From assembly GCA_020632955.1 (NCBI GenBank), contig JACKEO010000001.1, positions 403,348 through 467,347 of the forward strand: 64,000 nt of DNA, in the 5' to 3' direction. The notes under the pieces are model-generated. The model was not told the DNA's origin and did not search any database. It worked only from the letters and a program-made list of their open reading frames with translations. Source of the DNA: Alphaproteobacteria bacterium (GTDB lineage Bacteria > Myxococcota_A > UBA796 > GCA-2862545). The translations under genes and the position numbers were made by a program. Shown here in pieces: positions 35,201-46,807 of this stretch; the stretch's first letter is position 1; each line of letters starts with the position of its first letter.

Positions 35201-35385
35201 GGGAGCCCGGCCAGCGCCGCCCTCAGGAGCCCCGTGACGTGCCGGGCGAGGGCCTCGTCCAGCCAGTCGAGCTGCTGCGCCTTGCGCTCCACCTTCCGCC
35301 CGGCCGCCGCGAGGCGCGCCAGCGCCTCCTCCACCGCCTGCGTGATGAGCCGCTCGTGCAGACCCGCCGCGAGCGTGTGGCGCAT
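32263..35385 (-). CDS. SauUSI-type restriction enzyme homologue: PLD-family nuclease + SF2 helicase/ATPase + DUF3427-like C-terminal domain
   Basis: The ATG at 35385 is preceded by GAGGGGGA. PLD (HKD) motif: LHAKAWLFHRASGLSTAYIGSSNLS. Walker A: VAATGTGKT. Motif II: VVDEFHH. Motif III: GLTATPER. Motif VI: FLQQLGRGLRR. The about 300-aa C-terminal region (YTRAELVAAFG...FFVTLDKS...RFHWESQ...) is like DUF3427. Confidence 0.9.
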   Translation of the reverse strand: MRHTLAAGLHERLITQAVEEALARLAAAGRKVERKAQQLDWLDEALARHVTGLLRAALAGLPAEGGIDARVDLVRRVLETLPAEVVDLAADTPAATRDALLWVAPENPGLATPVPPPRPEHGLVHPALLFNGAQDVSLFHELEREIASADRVDAIVAFLKFSGFKLLEQALRRFVERGGELRLVASTYVGATDARAVKELCRLGARVRLAYEEDGTRLHAKAWLFHRASGLSTAYIGSSNLSRSALTDGAEWNVRVTEVATPALLERFDQAFTQFWEALGPEDHHPEAHAERLQRSLSRARGESGALDQAFLVIDASPKRHQERVLDALEAERAHGHAHNLVVAATGTGKTWVSAFDYRRLRAEGTVDSLLFVAHRKEILEQALLVFRTVLKDPGFGELLVDGARPERGRHVFASIQSLGADAVAALDAAAFDMVVVDEFHHAAAPTYDALLQRLAPTILLGLTATPERADGRSVLHWFDHRIAAEIRLWDALEEGLLAPFHYFGVHDPGSAAVAWRRGRLDVGELDRLYTGDHLRARQVLQAVERHVADPRRMRALGFCVGVGHAELMARVSREHGLAAVALHGGTPREDRRAAIRDLRSGALQLVFTVDLFNEGVDLPEVDTVLFLRPTESATVFLQQLGRGLRRHPGKSQLVVLDLVGQVHQDYRYEVRYRALLGGTRKQVRDQVERGFPRLPPGCAIQLEEQAERLVLDGIQKVVGSAGWRLLVHDLQRLGPRTGLADLLRHTDADLDDVFQPQTGTGRSWSLLRRDAGFERRESTAEDLALRKRVGRLRHVDDEPRLTTWRRWLMASNAPRVDRLTPRDLALARMLWVSVGDRRRPLVELQEELDAFWSHDVAREELAELLGVLRDRVRHTPRDLGDPALPMCSHATYTRAELVAAFGATAKGRLRESREGPVWVEEAATDAFFVTLDKSDDAFTPSIRYADYPISPTRFHWESQNHTHDGTPVGRRYVEHDARGSRVLLLVRERPKDERGETLPFTCLGWAHYERHGGARPMQIVWTLERPVPAWVMSKGRAVA

Positions 35386-35455
35386 GCGCGATCCCCCTCG
35401 CGCACCTGGTAGCGCCGAGATCGGCCGCGCGGCCACCCGCGGCGAACCGCTCGCC

Positions 35456-36538
35456 CTACTCGCCCGCCCACCGCGCCCGGTTGCGCGCGATGGCCGCCTC
35501 CACCAGATCGGTGTCCTCGTAGAAGGCGCCGGCGAGCACGTTCAGGTTCGCCATGCCGTCGTGCGCCGCGATGAGCCGGCTCGGGAGGTCGCCGGCGAAG
35601 CCCAGGGCGAGGCTGGCCTCGCGCACCCCGGCGTAGGTGCCGATGAAGGAGGCCTGCTCCACCACCGACGCCGAGCCGTCGAGCGAGAAGGCGAAGTCGT
35701 TCACCAGGAGGTGGTCGGGGTCGCGGCTGTCGACGGATCCCGCGAGGGCCGCGTCCACCCCCTCCGGCGTGGTGGTGATCGACCAGGTGCGATCGAGGGT
35801 GACCGTGGACGGCGTGCAGCCCTCCCGGGCGAGCAGCAGCTCGCGCAGCCGGCCGCCCGGCGCCCACACCAGCGGACGCCCGGCCGCCTGCAGCGCACCG
35901 AGCGCCACGGTGGCCGCCGGCGCTTCGCCGTCGTGGAGCAGGGAACACACCGAGGTCCCGTCCCGCGGTGCAGCCATCAGGTCCACGAGCTGCGGCAGGT
36001 CCTCCTCCTCCAGATCCAGCCCGAAGGTGAGCACCACGATCTCGTCGGGCCAGGCCTGCGCGAAGGCCACGAGCTCGTCGAGCACCTCGTCCAGCGGCAG
36101 GCCGTACACGCTGTGCCAGGTGGTGATCACGCCGTCCTTGATCGTGACGTTGATCTCGAGGAAGCGGATGCCGTCCTCGAGCTGCCGACCCAGCGAGCGG
36201 TCCTGGGTGCGGGCCCAGTCCACCACGCGCTGACGGTTCGGGTCGTCGTCGGGTGTCGTCTCGTCGCCCCAGAGGGTGCGCACCACCGCCGGCGCGTGCG
36301 GAGAGATGCCGAGCCGCGCCTCGCACGCGTACGACGAGGAGTTGAAGGCACCCGGCAGCAGCACGCGCCCCAGGGGCACCTCGGGGTGGTCGGCGAAGAC
36401 GTCGGCCATCCAGTGGGCGGTGGCGGGGACCGGGAGGTCGGTGTCGTCGCCGCCGTCCGTGCCGGCGGCGTCGGGCTGCGCGGGCGCTGCGCACCCGAGG
36501 ACGGCCAAGCAGAGGCTGCACGGGATCGGGCGGCGCAT
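35456..36538 (-). CDS. PLC-like phosphodiesterase (PI-PLC X-domain-like) lipoprotein
   Basis: The ATG at 36538 is preceded by GGAGG. MRRPIPCSLCLAVLGC is a lipobox. LLPGAFNSSSY and LEDGIRFLEINVT resemble the PI-PLC X-box pattern (PGTHDS / GIRYLDLR). Confidence 0.65.
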   Translation of the reverse strand: MRRPIPCSLCLAVLGCAAPAQPDAAGTDGGDDTDLPVPATAHWMADVFADHPEVPLGRVLLPGAFNSSSYACEARLGISPHAPAVVRTLWGDETTPDDDPNRQRVVDWARTQDRSLGRQLEDGIRFLEINVTIKDGVITTWHSVYGLPLDEVLDELVAFAQAWPDEIVVLTFGLDLEEEDLPQLVDLMAAPRDGTSVCSLLHDGEAPAATVALGALQAAGRPLVWAPGGRLRELLLAREGCTPSTVTLDRTWSITTTPEGVDAALAGSVDSRDPDHLLVNDFAFSLDGSASVVEQASFIGTYAGVREASLALGFAGDLPSRLIAAHDGMANLNVLAGAFYEDTDLVEAAIARNRARWAGE

Positions 36539-36698
36539 CGGGGCCTCCGGGGGGCGCGTCCCCCTCCCTGTCGCCCGTCCGGGAGCGGGCCACCACCCGC
36601 GTGCCGCGCGCGTCACGGGCCCGTCCGGGGATCGCCCGCCGACCGGACAGGCGGGACGAGCGGGATACACAAGCGCCCCCCCCCACCAGCGAGGTCCC

Positions 36699-36914
36699 AT
36701 GGCGAAGGTCCGTCCCAGCGTCCAGAAGCGACTCAAGGAAGCCCGAGCGATCGAGAAGAAGCAGGCCAAGGCCGCCCGTCAGGCGGCGCGCGCCGAGGCC
36801 AAGGCCAGCCGGCCCGACGTCGACGACGGTGTCGATCCCGATCTCGTGGGTCTCACGGTCGGCCCGCGGGCCGAGGAGCCCTGGTACATGCGCGAGGCCC
36901 TGCAGGACGAGTAG
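36699..36914 (+). CDS. small basic/acidic bipartite protein, 71 aa (hypothetical)
   Basis: The ATG at 36699 is preceded by GAGG. The Lys-rich N-half (MAKVRPSVQKRLKEARAIEKKQAKAARQAARAEAKA) is unusual for shadow ORFs in this GC context. The C-half is acidic. Confidence 0.45.
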   Translation: MAKVRPSVQKRLKEARAIEKKQAKAARQAARAEAKASRPDVDDGVDPDLVGLTVGPRAEEPWYMREALQDE

Positions 36915-36943
36915 GCGTCGCGCAGCCCGCGCGCCGCCGCACC

Positions 36944-39127
36944 TCAGTCCGTGTAGCCCAGCTCCCGCAAGGCCTCCCCGACGCGCCCCCCGCGTGGCGC
37001 CTCGTCGGGCACCAGCGTGGTGCCCCTGCCGTGCTCTGCCGTCCACCAGGCGGCCTGCGCGTGGGCGCCGAGCACCTGCCCCAGCAGCAGGCGCGCCCGC
37101 CAGGCGCCCAGCCCCTGACGCGCCGCGTCGACGGGCTGCTGCTCGCCCGGGTCCACGCGCAGGTCGTGCACCTCCGCCACGCCGTCGGCGCCCGCGATCA
37201 CCTTCCACCCCGCGCTCGTGAGCGCGTGACGACGATCGCCATTGGCGCTGAGGGCGCCCGGCGGTGCCGGGCCCGGCAGGCCCATCGCCCGACCCACCAA
37301 CGAGGCGGCGGCGGCGCCCGGCAGCGGCGGCACCGCCAGCAGCTCGGTGAGGGTGCTGGGCACCGCCACGGTGCTCACCACCTCCTCCACCCGCCCACCC
37401 GCCGGCAGCCGACCCGGCAGCCGCAGCAGGAGGGGCACGTGCAGCACCTCGTCGTAGAGCGTGGTGCCGTGGCGCCAGCCGCCGTGCTCCCCGAACTCCT
37501 CGCCGTGGTCGGCGGTGAGCACCACGAGGGTGTCGTCGGCGAGACCGAGCGCCTCCAGTCGTGCCAGGAAGCGCCCCAGCTCGCCGTCGTGCTGCGTGAT
37601 CTCGCCGTCGTGCAGCGCCTCCAGGCGGCGCGCATCACGCGCCGAGAAGGTGAAGGCCGGCGGACGCTCCTCGGCCTGCGTGAGCAGGCGGCTGGTGGCC
37701 TCGGGCGTGACGGGGCCGTCGTAGGGGTCCGCGTCGTAGAGCGCCAGGGAGGCCTCGTCGGGCGCGTAGGGGTCGTGCGGATCCATGGGCTGCACGTAGA
37801 GGAAGAAGCGCTGCTGCGCGTGGGCCTCCAGCCAGTCGCCCGCCGCCTCGTACAGGGTGGCCGCGTCGGTCTTCTGCTCGCCGCTGGGGAAGGCCTGGAA
37901 GGTGTCCCAGCCCTGGTCGAAGCCGAAGCGCTCCGTGAGCCACGGGTTGGCGGTGAGCGCGGCCGTCGCGAAGCCCTGCGCCTGGAGGTGTTCGGCCAGG
38001 AGCAGCGCCTCGGGCGGGAGCGCCGCCTCGGGCGTGGTCTGCCCGTGGGCGTCGGGGTGCAGACCGGTGAGCAGCGAGGCCACCGCCGGCTTCGTCCAGC
38101 TCTCGGGGGAGCGGGCCTGCGCGAACAGCACCCCGCCGGCCGCGAGAGCGTCGAGGGCTGGGGTGCGCACCCGCGTGGCAGGCCGAACGGCGTGCACCCG
38201 CGCCGCCCCCAGTGTGTCGACCACCACCAGCACCACCCCGCGTGCAGGAGCCAGGTCAGGCGCCGGTCGGGGCGCCACGACGATGCAGGGCGCCTCCCAG
38301 CGGATCGAGGACGACGGGTCGCCCAGGGCCTCGAGCTCCAGGCGCACGGTGGTGCCCGACGGTGCCCCCAGCGACAGGTCGAGGGATGCGACCTCCCCGT
38401 CGGCCACGCCCTCGTGCAGGGTGCGCGCCTCGCCCCCATCCGGGGTGAGCCGCACCCGGAAGGGCACGCTGCCGTCCACCGCCCTCACGCCCACCTGGAG
38501 CCGGGCCTCGGGAGGCAGCACGAGGTGCACGCGCAGGGTGGAGCGCCCCGCGAGCTGCAGCGCGCCGGGAACGCGCCCCAACCGGTCGTGGGTGGTGGGC
38601 ACCTCGGGTGCGGGCGCCGCGCCACGCCGCAGCCACAGCCAGTCCACGGCCAGCGGAACTGCGGCCGCGGAGGCGTCCTCGCCCCCCACCCGAAGCGCGG
38701 TGAAGGGAGCGCGGAGGCGTCCCTCGGGGAGCGGCACCTCGACCACGACCGGCGCTCCCCCCGGCGTGACGGGCACCGGCGGCAGCACCACCTCGTCCAG
38801 CTGCACCCGCACGGCGCGCGCCGCGCCGGGATGCACGCGCAGGCGCAGGGAGGTGGGCACCTCGGAGGCGTCCACCGGGATCACCAGATCCCGGGAGGGA
38901 TCCGCCAACGCCCAGGTGCCGTCCCCGAGATCGGGCCGTCGGGTCCAGCCGCCCAGGGTGTGCTTGGGACCCGCCGGAGACCCCACGTCCACCACCCAGC
39001 CCCCCTCGTCCACCTCCGCCAGGTGGCGCAGGGCGACGAGGTCGCGGAGCACGTGCGCTGCGGGCTCGGCCGGCGACGGAGCACCACCGCACCCCACCCC
39101 GAGGGCGAGGAGGAGGCCGATCACCAC
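36944..39127 (-). CDS. lipoprotein with N-terminal beta-rich domain and C-terminal sulfatase/alkaline-phosphatase-superfamily domain
   Basis: The GTG at 39127 gives (M)[12 protein letters not shown], a lipobox. Family motifs are [53 protein letters not shown] and [16 protein letters not shown]. Confidence 0.8.
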   Translation of the reverse strand: MVIGLLLALGVGCGGAPSPAEPAAHVLRDLVALRHLAEVDEGGWVVDVGSPAGPKHTLGGWTRRPDLGDGTWALADPSRDLVIPVDASEVPTSLRLRVHPGAARAVRVQLDEVVLPPVPVTPGGAPVVVEVPLPEGRLRAPFTALRVGGEDASAAAVPLAVDWLWLRRGAAPAPEVPTTHDRLGRVPGALQLAGRSTLRVHLVLPPEARLQVGVRAVDGSVPFRVRLTPDGGEARTLHEGVADGEVASLDLSLGAPSGTTVRLELEALGDPSSSIRWEAPCIVVAPRPAPDLAPARGVVLVVVDTLGAARVHAVRPATRVRTPALDALAAGGVLFAQARSPESWTKPAVASLLTGLHPDAHGQTTPEAALPPEALLLAEHLQAQGFATAALTANPWLTERFGFDQGWDTFQAFPSGEQKTDAATLYEAAGDWLEAHAQQRFFLYVQPMDPHDPYAPDEASLALYDADPYDGPVTPEATSRLLTQAEERPPAFTFSARDARRLEALHDGEITQHDGELGRFLARLEALGLADDTLVVLTADHGEEFGEHGGWRHGTTLYDEVLHVPLLLRLPGRLPAGGRVEEVVSTVAVPSTLTELLAVPPLPGAAAASLVGRAMGLPGPAPPGALSANGDRRHALTSAGWKVIAGADGVAEVHDLRVDPGEQQPVDAARQGLGAWRARLLLGQVLGAHAQAAWWTAEHGRGTTLVPDEAPRGGRVGEALRELGYTD

Positions 39128-39546
39128 GTGCCGGTGCTCGGCATCGAGGCCCAGGGCTCCTGCGGCGTCAACGCCTCACCCGCCTGCAGCAGCTCCACGC
39201 TGATCCCGTCGGGGCTGCGCACGAAGGCCATGCGGCCGTCGCGGGGAGGCCGGAGGATCGTGACGCCGCCCGCCTGCAGGCGCGCGCAGGCCGCGTGGAT
39301 GTCGTGGGTGGCGAAGGCCAGGTGACCGAAGTTCCGGCCTCCGTCGTAGGGCTCCTCCTGGTCCCAGTTCCAGGTGAGCTCGATCTCGGCGGCGTCGCCG
39401 TCCGCACCCGTCGACAGGAAGACCAGGGTGAAGCGACCGGCCTCGACGGCGCGGCGACGCACCTCCACCAGGCCGAGCAGGTCGCAGAAGAAGTGCAGGG
39501 CCGCGTCGAGGTCGCGCACCCGGACCATGGCGTGCAGGAAGCGCAT
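39121..39546 (-). CDS. gloA: lactoylglutathione lyase (glyoxalase I)
   Basis: The ATG at 39546 is preceded by [32 protein letters not shown]...EIELTWNW...FGHLAF...PDGISVELL aligns by eye with E. coli GloA. Confidence 0.82.
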   Translation of the reverse strand: MRFLHAMVRVRDLDAALHFFCDLLGLVEVRRRAVEAGRFTLVFLSTGADGDAAEIELTWNWDQEEPYDGGRNFGHLAFATHDIHAACARLQAGGVTILRPPRDGRMAFVRSPDGISVELLQAGEALTPQEPWASMPSTGTW

Positions 39547-39638
39547 CGGTCCTCCGGGAGTCGTCGGAGGTATCCCCCCGGACGCCCGCCCGGTCCCTCC
39601 GCGCACCTGCGTGCTAGGGTCGCGCCGACCTCGCGAGC

Positions 39639-40400
39639 GTGCGCATGCGCCTGTCCCCCCGCGTCCTCGGCGCCGCCTTCCTGGCCCTGTCGTGCGTGCA
39701 GCTCGCCGCCGAGCTGGCGGCCTGGCCCGAGGCCATCTTCCTGGTCAAGCCGCTGCTGCTCCCGCTGCTGGGTGCCTGGTACCTGGCCTCGGTGCCCACC
39801 CCGCGTACGCGCGTCGACCGTCGGATGGGCGTGGCCTTCGCCACCTCGTGGGTGGGCGACGTGGCGCTGATGCTCGCGCCGGCACATCCCGACGACACCG
39901 CGATCCTGGGCATCCCGAAGCACGACGCCTGGTTCCTCGTGGGCGTGGGCGCCTTCTTCGTCTGCCACCTGGCCTTCATCGCGGTCTTCCGCGCCGTGGA
40001 CCGTCCCGAGGTGCCCGGTCCGTTCCCCTCGCGCTGGGCGTGGTTCCTGCCCCTGGCGGCCTACGGCCTGGGCATCATCAGCTACGTGGTGCCCCGGGTG
40101 GCGGCCGACCCCGTGCGCGGCGACGCCGCCGGACCCGTGGCGGTGTACGCCGTGGTCCTCTGCCTGATGGCCGCCTTCGCGCTGCAGCGCCACGGTCGCG
40201 TCTCGACGAGGAGCTTCACGGCGGTCGCGGTGGGGGCGCACGTCTTCGTGGCGTCGGACTCCCTCATCGCCCTCGCCCACCTCGTCCACCTGCCGATCCC
40301 CTTCTCGGGCTTCCTCATCATGTCCACCTACCTGGTGGCCGAAGCCCTCATCGCCTGGGGGGTGCTCGCGCAGCGCCGGGACCAGGCCGACGGAGCCTAG
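39639..40400 (+). CDS. YhhN-family membrane protein (lysoplasmalogenase-like)
   Basis: About 8 TM segments. [40 protein letters not shown] and [10 protein letters not shown] match the YhhN pattern. An alternative ATG lies at 39645. Confidence 0.8.
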   Translation: MRMRLSPRVLGAAFLALSCVQLAAELAAWPEAIFLVKPLLLPLLGAWYLASVPTPRTRVDRRMGVAFATSWVGDVALMLAPAHPDDTAILGIPKHDAWFLVGVGAFFVCHLAFIAVFRAVDRPEVPGPFPSRWAWFLPLAAYGLGIISYVVPRVAADPVRGDAAGPVAVYAVVLCLMAAFALQRHGRVSTRSFTAVAVGAHVFVASDSLIALAHLVHLPIPFSGFLIMSTYLVAEALIAWGVLAQRRDQADGA

Positions 40401-40404
40401 ACCG

Positions 40405-42804
40405 ATGCGCTGCTCGCCCTGCCTGCTGCTCGCCCTGCTGGCCTGCACCGACGCCCCCGAGGACGCCGAGGACACCGACACCGGGGAGCTCGCTCCCGAT
40501 CCCTTCTGGACCGACCTGGGCGAGGGCCCGCCCGCGATCCCGCCAGCCCTGGGCCTGCCCGCCGACGCGCCCGCCCCGTCCGGGCTCTGGAGCGCGCCCG
40601 ACCCGGCGCGCACGTCTGCCGAGGGCACCTCCCACCTGGGCTACTTCGCCGTGGGCAACGGCTCGCTTTTCGGCGTCGTCGGCGTCGGCATCCCCGCGAA
40701 CACGCTCCACGGGGTCACGGGTCCCGACTACGACAAGGCCCAGGATGCCTACTGGCCCGACGTGGGCCTGCAGCTGGTGCGCGGCGGGGTGCCGCTCACG
40801 CCCACCCGCGAAGCGGTGTTCCGCCTGGAGGGCACGGCGGTGGTGCTCACCCGCCTCGAGGCCGAGGGCCTCGCACTGTGGACCCTGGACGCCGCGGTGT
40901 GGTCGGGCGCCTGGCCGGCACCTCCCGACGCCGACGTGCCGCTCGGCCATCGCTGGATCGTGCGCCGCGTGCTCGTGGAGGACCTCGACGGCCAGGGTGT
41001 GCCGCCCGACGTGGAGGTGCGCACGACCACGGGTTCCGCCTTCGCGGCCGAGGGCGCCTGGCTCCGACGGGACCAGCCCGGTCGCACCCTCTGGGTGGGC
41101 GAGCGCGACGAAGGCGCCCCACGGGGCACGGTGGCCGACGGGGCATGGCGGGCGCCGGCGGGCGACCTCGGGACGCCGGTCGAGCTGCTCGTGGGTGCCA
41201 CCTACGACGGCGAGACGCTCGCGGACCTGCCGCGCCCCGCGCCCGACGCCCTGGGGGCGACAGTGGAGCGGTGGCGGACGTGGTCGGCGCAGGGGATGCA
41301 GCTCACCGAGGGACCCGCCCGCCTGCGCGCCCTGCTCGACGCCAACAAGGTGGCCATCCGCACCCAGCTCGCGGCGCGCGGCGAGCCCTGCCCGATGGTC
41401 TTCTACACCCGCATGTGGAACCGCGATCTCATCGGCCCGGTGCGCCTCTTCCTCGCGCTCGGGCTGGAGGACGACGCCACGGCCATGCTCGACGCCCACT
41501 GGACGGCCGTGCGGCAGGCGGGCGACCTCGCCAACTCCTACGCGAGCCACCGTGATCCGCGCGACGTGACCACCACCCCCGACTTCGAGGCGAGGACCAC
41601 GCCCTACGACGGTCGCAGCCGCGCCGAGGGTCCGAGCTACACCCCCCTGGCCTACCAGGCCCTGTGGCGCGCCACCGGTCGGGCCGACCGCGGCCTCGAG
41701 CGCCTCGGCCTGCTCGTGCGGGCCGTGCGGGGGCAGGAGCGCGCCAACGGCCTGCTCCCCTTCAGCGGCGACGAGACCTTCCGTCCCCAGATGGCCACCT
41801 CCTTCGGCCTGCCGATCACCTTCCTCTTCGAGGAGGAGACGTGGTCGGCGAACTCGGGCCTGCTCTGGGTGGCGGCGGCCGAGGCCGTGCAGGCGCTGGC
41901 CACCGAGGCAGGGCGCACCGACCTCGTCGACGAGCTCGGGCCGGCCGTCACGCAGGTCCGGGAAGCCACCGAGACCACCTTCCGCCAGGCCGACGGCAGC
42001 CTGCTCCCCTTCGTCTTCCAGGACGGGACCCCGCCGCCGCCCTCGCCCTACCCGGACGTGGCGCTCAAGGAGGCCTGGTCGGGCTACCGTGCCCCGCTCG
42101 ACCCGGCCCACCTGCGGGCCGTCGACGCCACGGTCGACGCGATCTGGGACCCCGAGGGCCTCTTCCTCGCCCCGCTCGACCCCAGCTACGTGGGCTTCGC
42201 GGGTCTCGACATCGAGCGCGGCATCATGGCCGGGATGAGCCCCGGCTACGGCACCTGGACCCTGGCCCGCACCTTCCGACCGGAGCTGGCGGACGCGGCG
42301 CGCTTCCTCGCCAGCGCCGTCGACCCCGGCGGCACCTGGCCCGAGGTGCTGGTGGTGGACGACCGCTCGGGGCTCACCCCCTTCTACCTGGGCACCGGCT
42401 TCACCGAGACCTGGGCCCGCTACCGTCCGTGGGAGGGCGGCATCGACATGGAGGCCCTGCTGGTGGCCGCCCTCGGTCTCGAGGCCGACGCGCGCACGGG
42501 CACGCTGCGCCTCTCGCCCGGCCTCCCGGGGATGGGTCCGTTGAGGGCGGAGGGCGTGCCGGTGGGCGCGGTCCGCGTGGACGTGCACCACCTGCCCGGC
42601 CCCACGCGCCACGCCCTCGAGGTGCGCGCGACCGCGCCCGTCACCGTGCGGCTCGAGGTGTGCGCACGCGGCGAGGTCACCGCCGACGGCGAGCCCCTCG
42701 CCACCGAGGTGCTCGTGGACGACGCCGTGCGCCACGTGGTGGCCGCCGAGCTCGCGCTCGACGACACCCCCGTCACCCTCGCCTGGCCCGCCGCCTGCCG
42801 GTAG
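40405..42804 (+). CDS. lipoprotein with glucoamylase-like (GH15-type, alpha/alpha-barrel) region
   Basis: MRCSPCLLLALLAC is a lipobox, followed by an acidic tether. YTRMWNRDLIGPVRLFLALG resembles the GH15 W-x-RD motif. Assignment is tentative. Confidence 0.7.
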   Translation: MRCSPCLLLALLACTDAPEDAEDTDTGELAPDPFWTDLGEGPPAIPPALGLPADAPAPSGLWSAPDPARTSAEGTSHLGYFAVGNGSLFGVVGVGIPANTLHGVTGPDYDKAQDAYWPDVGLQLVRGGVPLTPTREAVFRLEGTAVVLTRLEAEGLALWTLDAAVWSGAWPAPPDADVPLGHRWIVRRVLVEDLDGQGVPPDVEVRTTTGSAFAAEGAWLRRDQPGRTLWVGERDEGAPRGTVADGAWRAPAGDLGTPVELLVGATYDGETLADLPRPAPDALGATVERWRTWSAQGMQLTEGPARLRALLDANKVAIRTQLAARGEPCPMVFYTRMWNRDLIGPVRLFLALGLEDDATAMLDAHWTAVRQAGDLANSYASHRDPRDVTTTPDFEARTTPYDGRSRAEGPSYTPLAYQALWRATGRADRGLERLGLLVRAVRGQERANGLLPFSGDETFRPQMATSFGLPITFLFEEETWSANSGLLWVAAAEAVQALATEAGRTDLVDELGPAVTQVREATETTFRQADGSLLPFVFQDGTPPPPSPYPDVALKEAWSGYRAPLDPAHLRAVDATVDAIWDPEGLFLAPLDPSYVGFAGLDIERGIMAGMSPGYGTWTLARTFRPELADAARFLASAVDPGGTWPEVLVVDDRSGLTPFYLGTGFTETWARYRPWEGGIDMEALLVAALGLEADARTGTLRLSPGLPGMGPLRAEGVPVGAVRVDVHHLPGPTRHALEVRATAPVTVRLEVCARGEVTADGEPLATEVLVDDAVRHVVAAELALDDTPVTLAWPAACR

Positions 42805-42852
42805 CGCGGGGCAGGCAGGTCGACGGGCCGACGGGGGCGCGCGCGTCGGGAG

Positions 42853-45891
<3,039 letters not shown>

Positions 45892-46116
45892 TGGACCCCC
45901 AGAGCCCGTTTCGCGCAGTCTACCCCGCGCGCACCAGCCTACCAAGCACGCGATCCCCTCCCCGAGCCGATCCGCGGGCTCTGCCGCCCGCGACCGGGAG
46001 GTCTCGTCGGGGTCTCCGGCGATCGGCGCACGTCCCGCTGCGCGCGCAGGACCGCCTCCGGTGTAGCGTTTCGTACGTGCCCATCGCCCCGACGCGGGCA
46101 GGGATAGGGACCCGCC

Positions 46117-46797
46117 ATGGCCGCCAGGATCCTCCTCGTCGAAGACGATCGCGAGCTCGCGCAGCTCACCGCCGAGTACCTCACGAGCCAGGGCTTCGTG
46201 GTCGACCTCGCGTACGACGGGCGCGACGTCGCCGCGCGGGTGCTCGCCTGCCCGCCCGACGCGCTGGTCCTCGACCTGGGCCTGCCGGGGCGCGACGGCC
46301 TCGAGATCTGCCGCGACGTGCGCAAGGACTACGCCGGCCCGATCGTGATGCTCACCGCGCGCGCCGACGAGCTCGACGAGATCGTCGGGCTCGAGCACGG
46401 CGCCGACGACTACATCGGCAAGCCGGCCAGCCCGCGCAAGCTGGCCCTCCGCCTGGAGGCGGTGCTGCGCCGCAACCGGCTGGCCGAGCCGCAGGAGGCC
46501 TACGAGGACGCCGACCTGTCGCTGGACCCGGCGCGACGGGCCCTCGTGGTGCGGGGCACGCAGGTGGACGTCACCGCGGCGGAGTTCGAGCTGGTCGCCC
46601 TGCTCGTGAGCCACATGGGGCGGCCCCTCTCTCGCGATGCCTACTTCCGGCACGCCACGGGCGCGCCCTACGACGGCCTCGACCGGGGCATGGACATCCG
46701 CATGAGCCACGTGCGCCGCAAGCTGCTGGCGGGCGGGCTGCCTCCCGCGCGCCTCTCCACGATCCGGGGCGTCGGGTACCAGCTCAACCTCCCGTGA
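46117..46797 (+). CDS. OmpR/PhoB-family response regulator
   Basis: The receiver domain is ILLVEDDRELA...LVLDLGLPGRDG...MLTARADE...GADDYIGKP. The winged-helix output is TAAEFELVALLVSHMGRPLSRD...IRGVGYQL. Confidence 0.92.
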   Translation: MAARILLVEDDRELAQLTAEYLTSQGFVVDLAYDGRDVAARVLACPPDALVLDLGLPGRDGLEICRDVRKDYAGPIVMLTARADELDEIVGLEHGADDYIGKPASPRKLALRLEAVLRRNRLAEPQEAYEDADLSLDPARRALVVRGTQVDVTAAEFELVALLVSHMGRPLSRDAYFRHATGAPYDGLDRGMDIRMSHVRRKLLAGGLPPARLSTIRGVGYQLNLP

Positions 46798-46807
46798 GCG
46801 GCCCTCG

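Noticed and set aside
32263-35385. Classifying the PLD + helicase gene as a Mokosh-type defence gene
   Set aside because: As I recall it, Mokosh combines a PLD nuclease with a COG1112/SF1-type RNA helicase. This protein has SF2 (ResIII-like ATGTGKT / DEFH / TATPER) motifs and a DUF3427-like C-terminus, matching the SauUSI architecture instead.
34826-39325. 1499-aa + strand ORF and similar long shadows (16308..19637 +, 16690..19713 -, 40348..42735 -, 22451..24721 -)
   Set aside because: Each is antisense or out-of-frame to genes with clear family motifs (SauUSI-like, sulfatase-like, LysR, qorB, GH15-like, cytochrome). All are Arg/Gly/Pro/Ala-rich without recognisable motifs.
46068-46077. Shared CGTACG plus TTTC/GAAA motif upstream of the response-regulator operon (GTTTCGTACG) and upstream of the giant gene (CGTACGTTTC at 51851-51860)
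   Set aside because: The two sites share only a 6-bp palindrome plus a 4-bp A/T run in different relative orientation. That is too short and inconsistent to claim a common regulator site without a genome-wide motif search.
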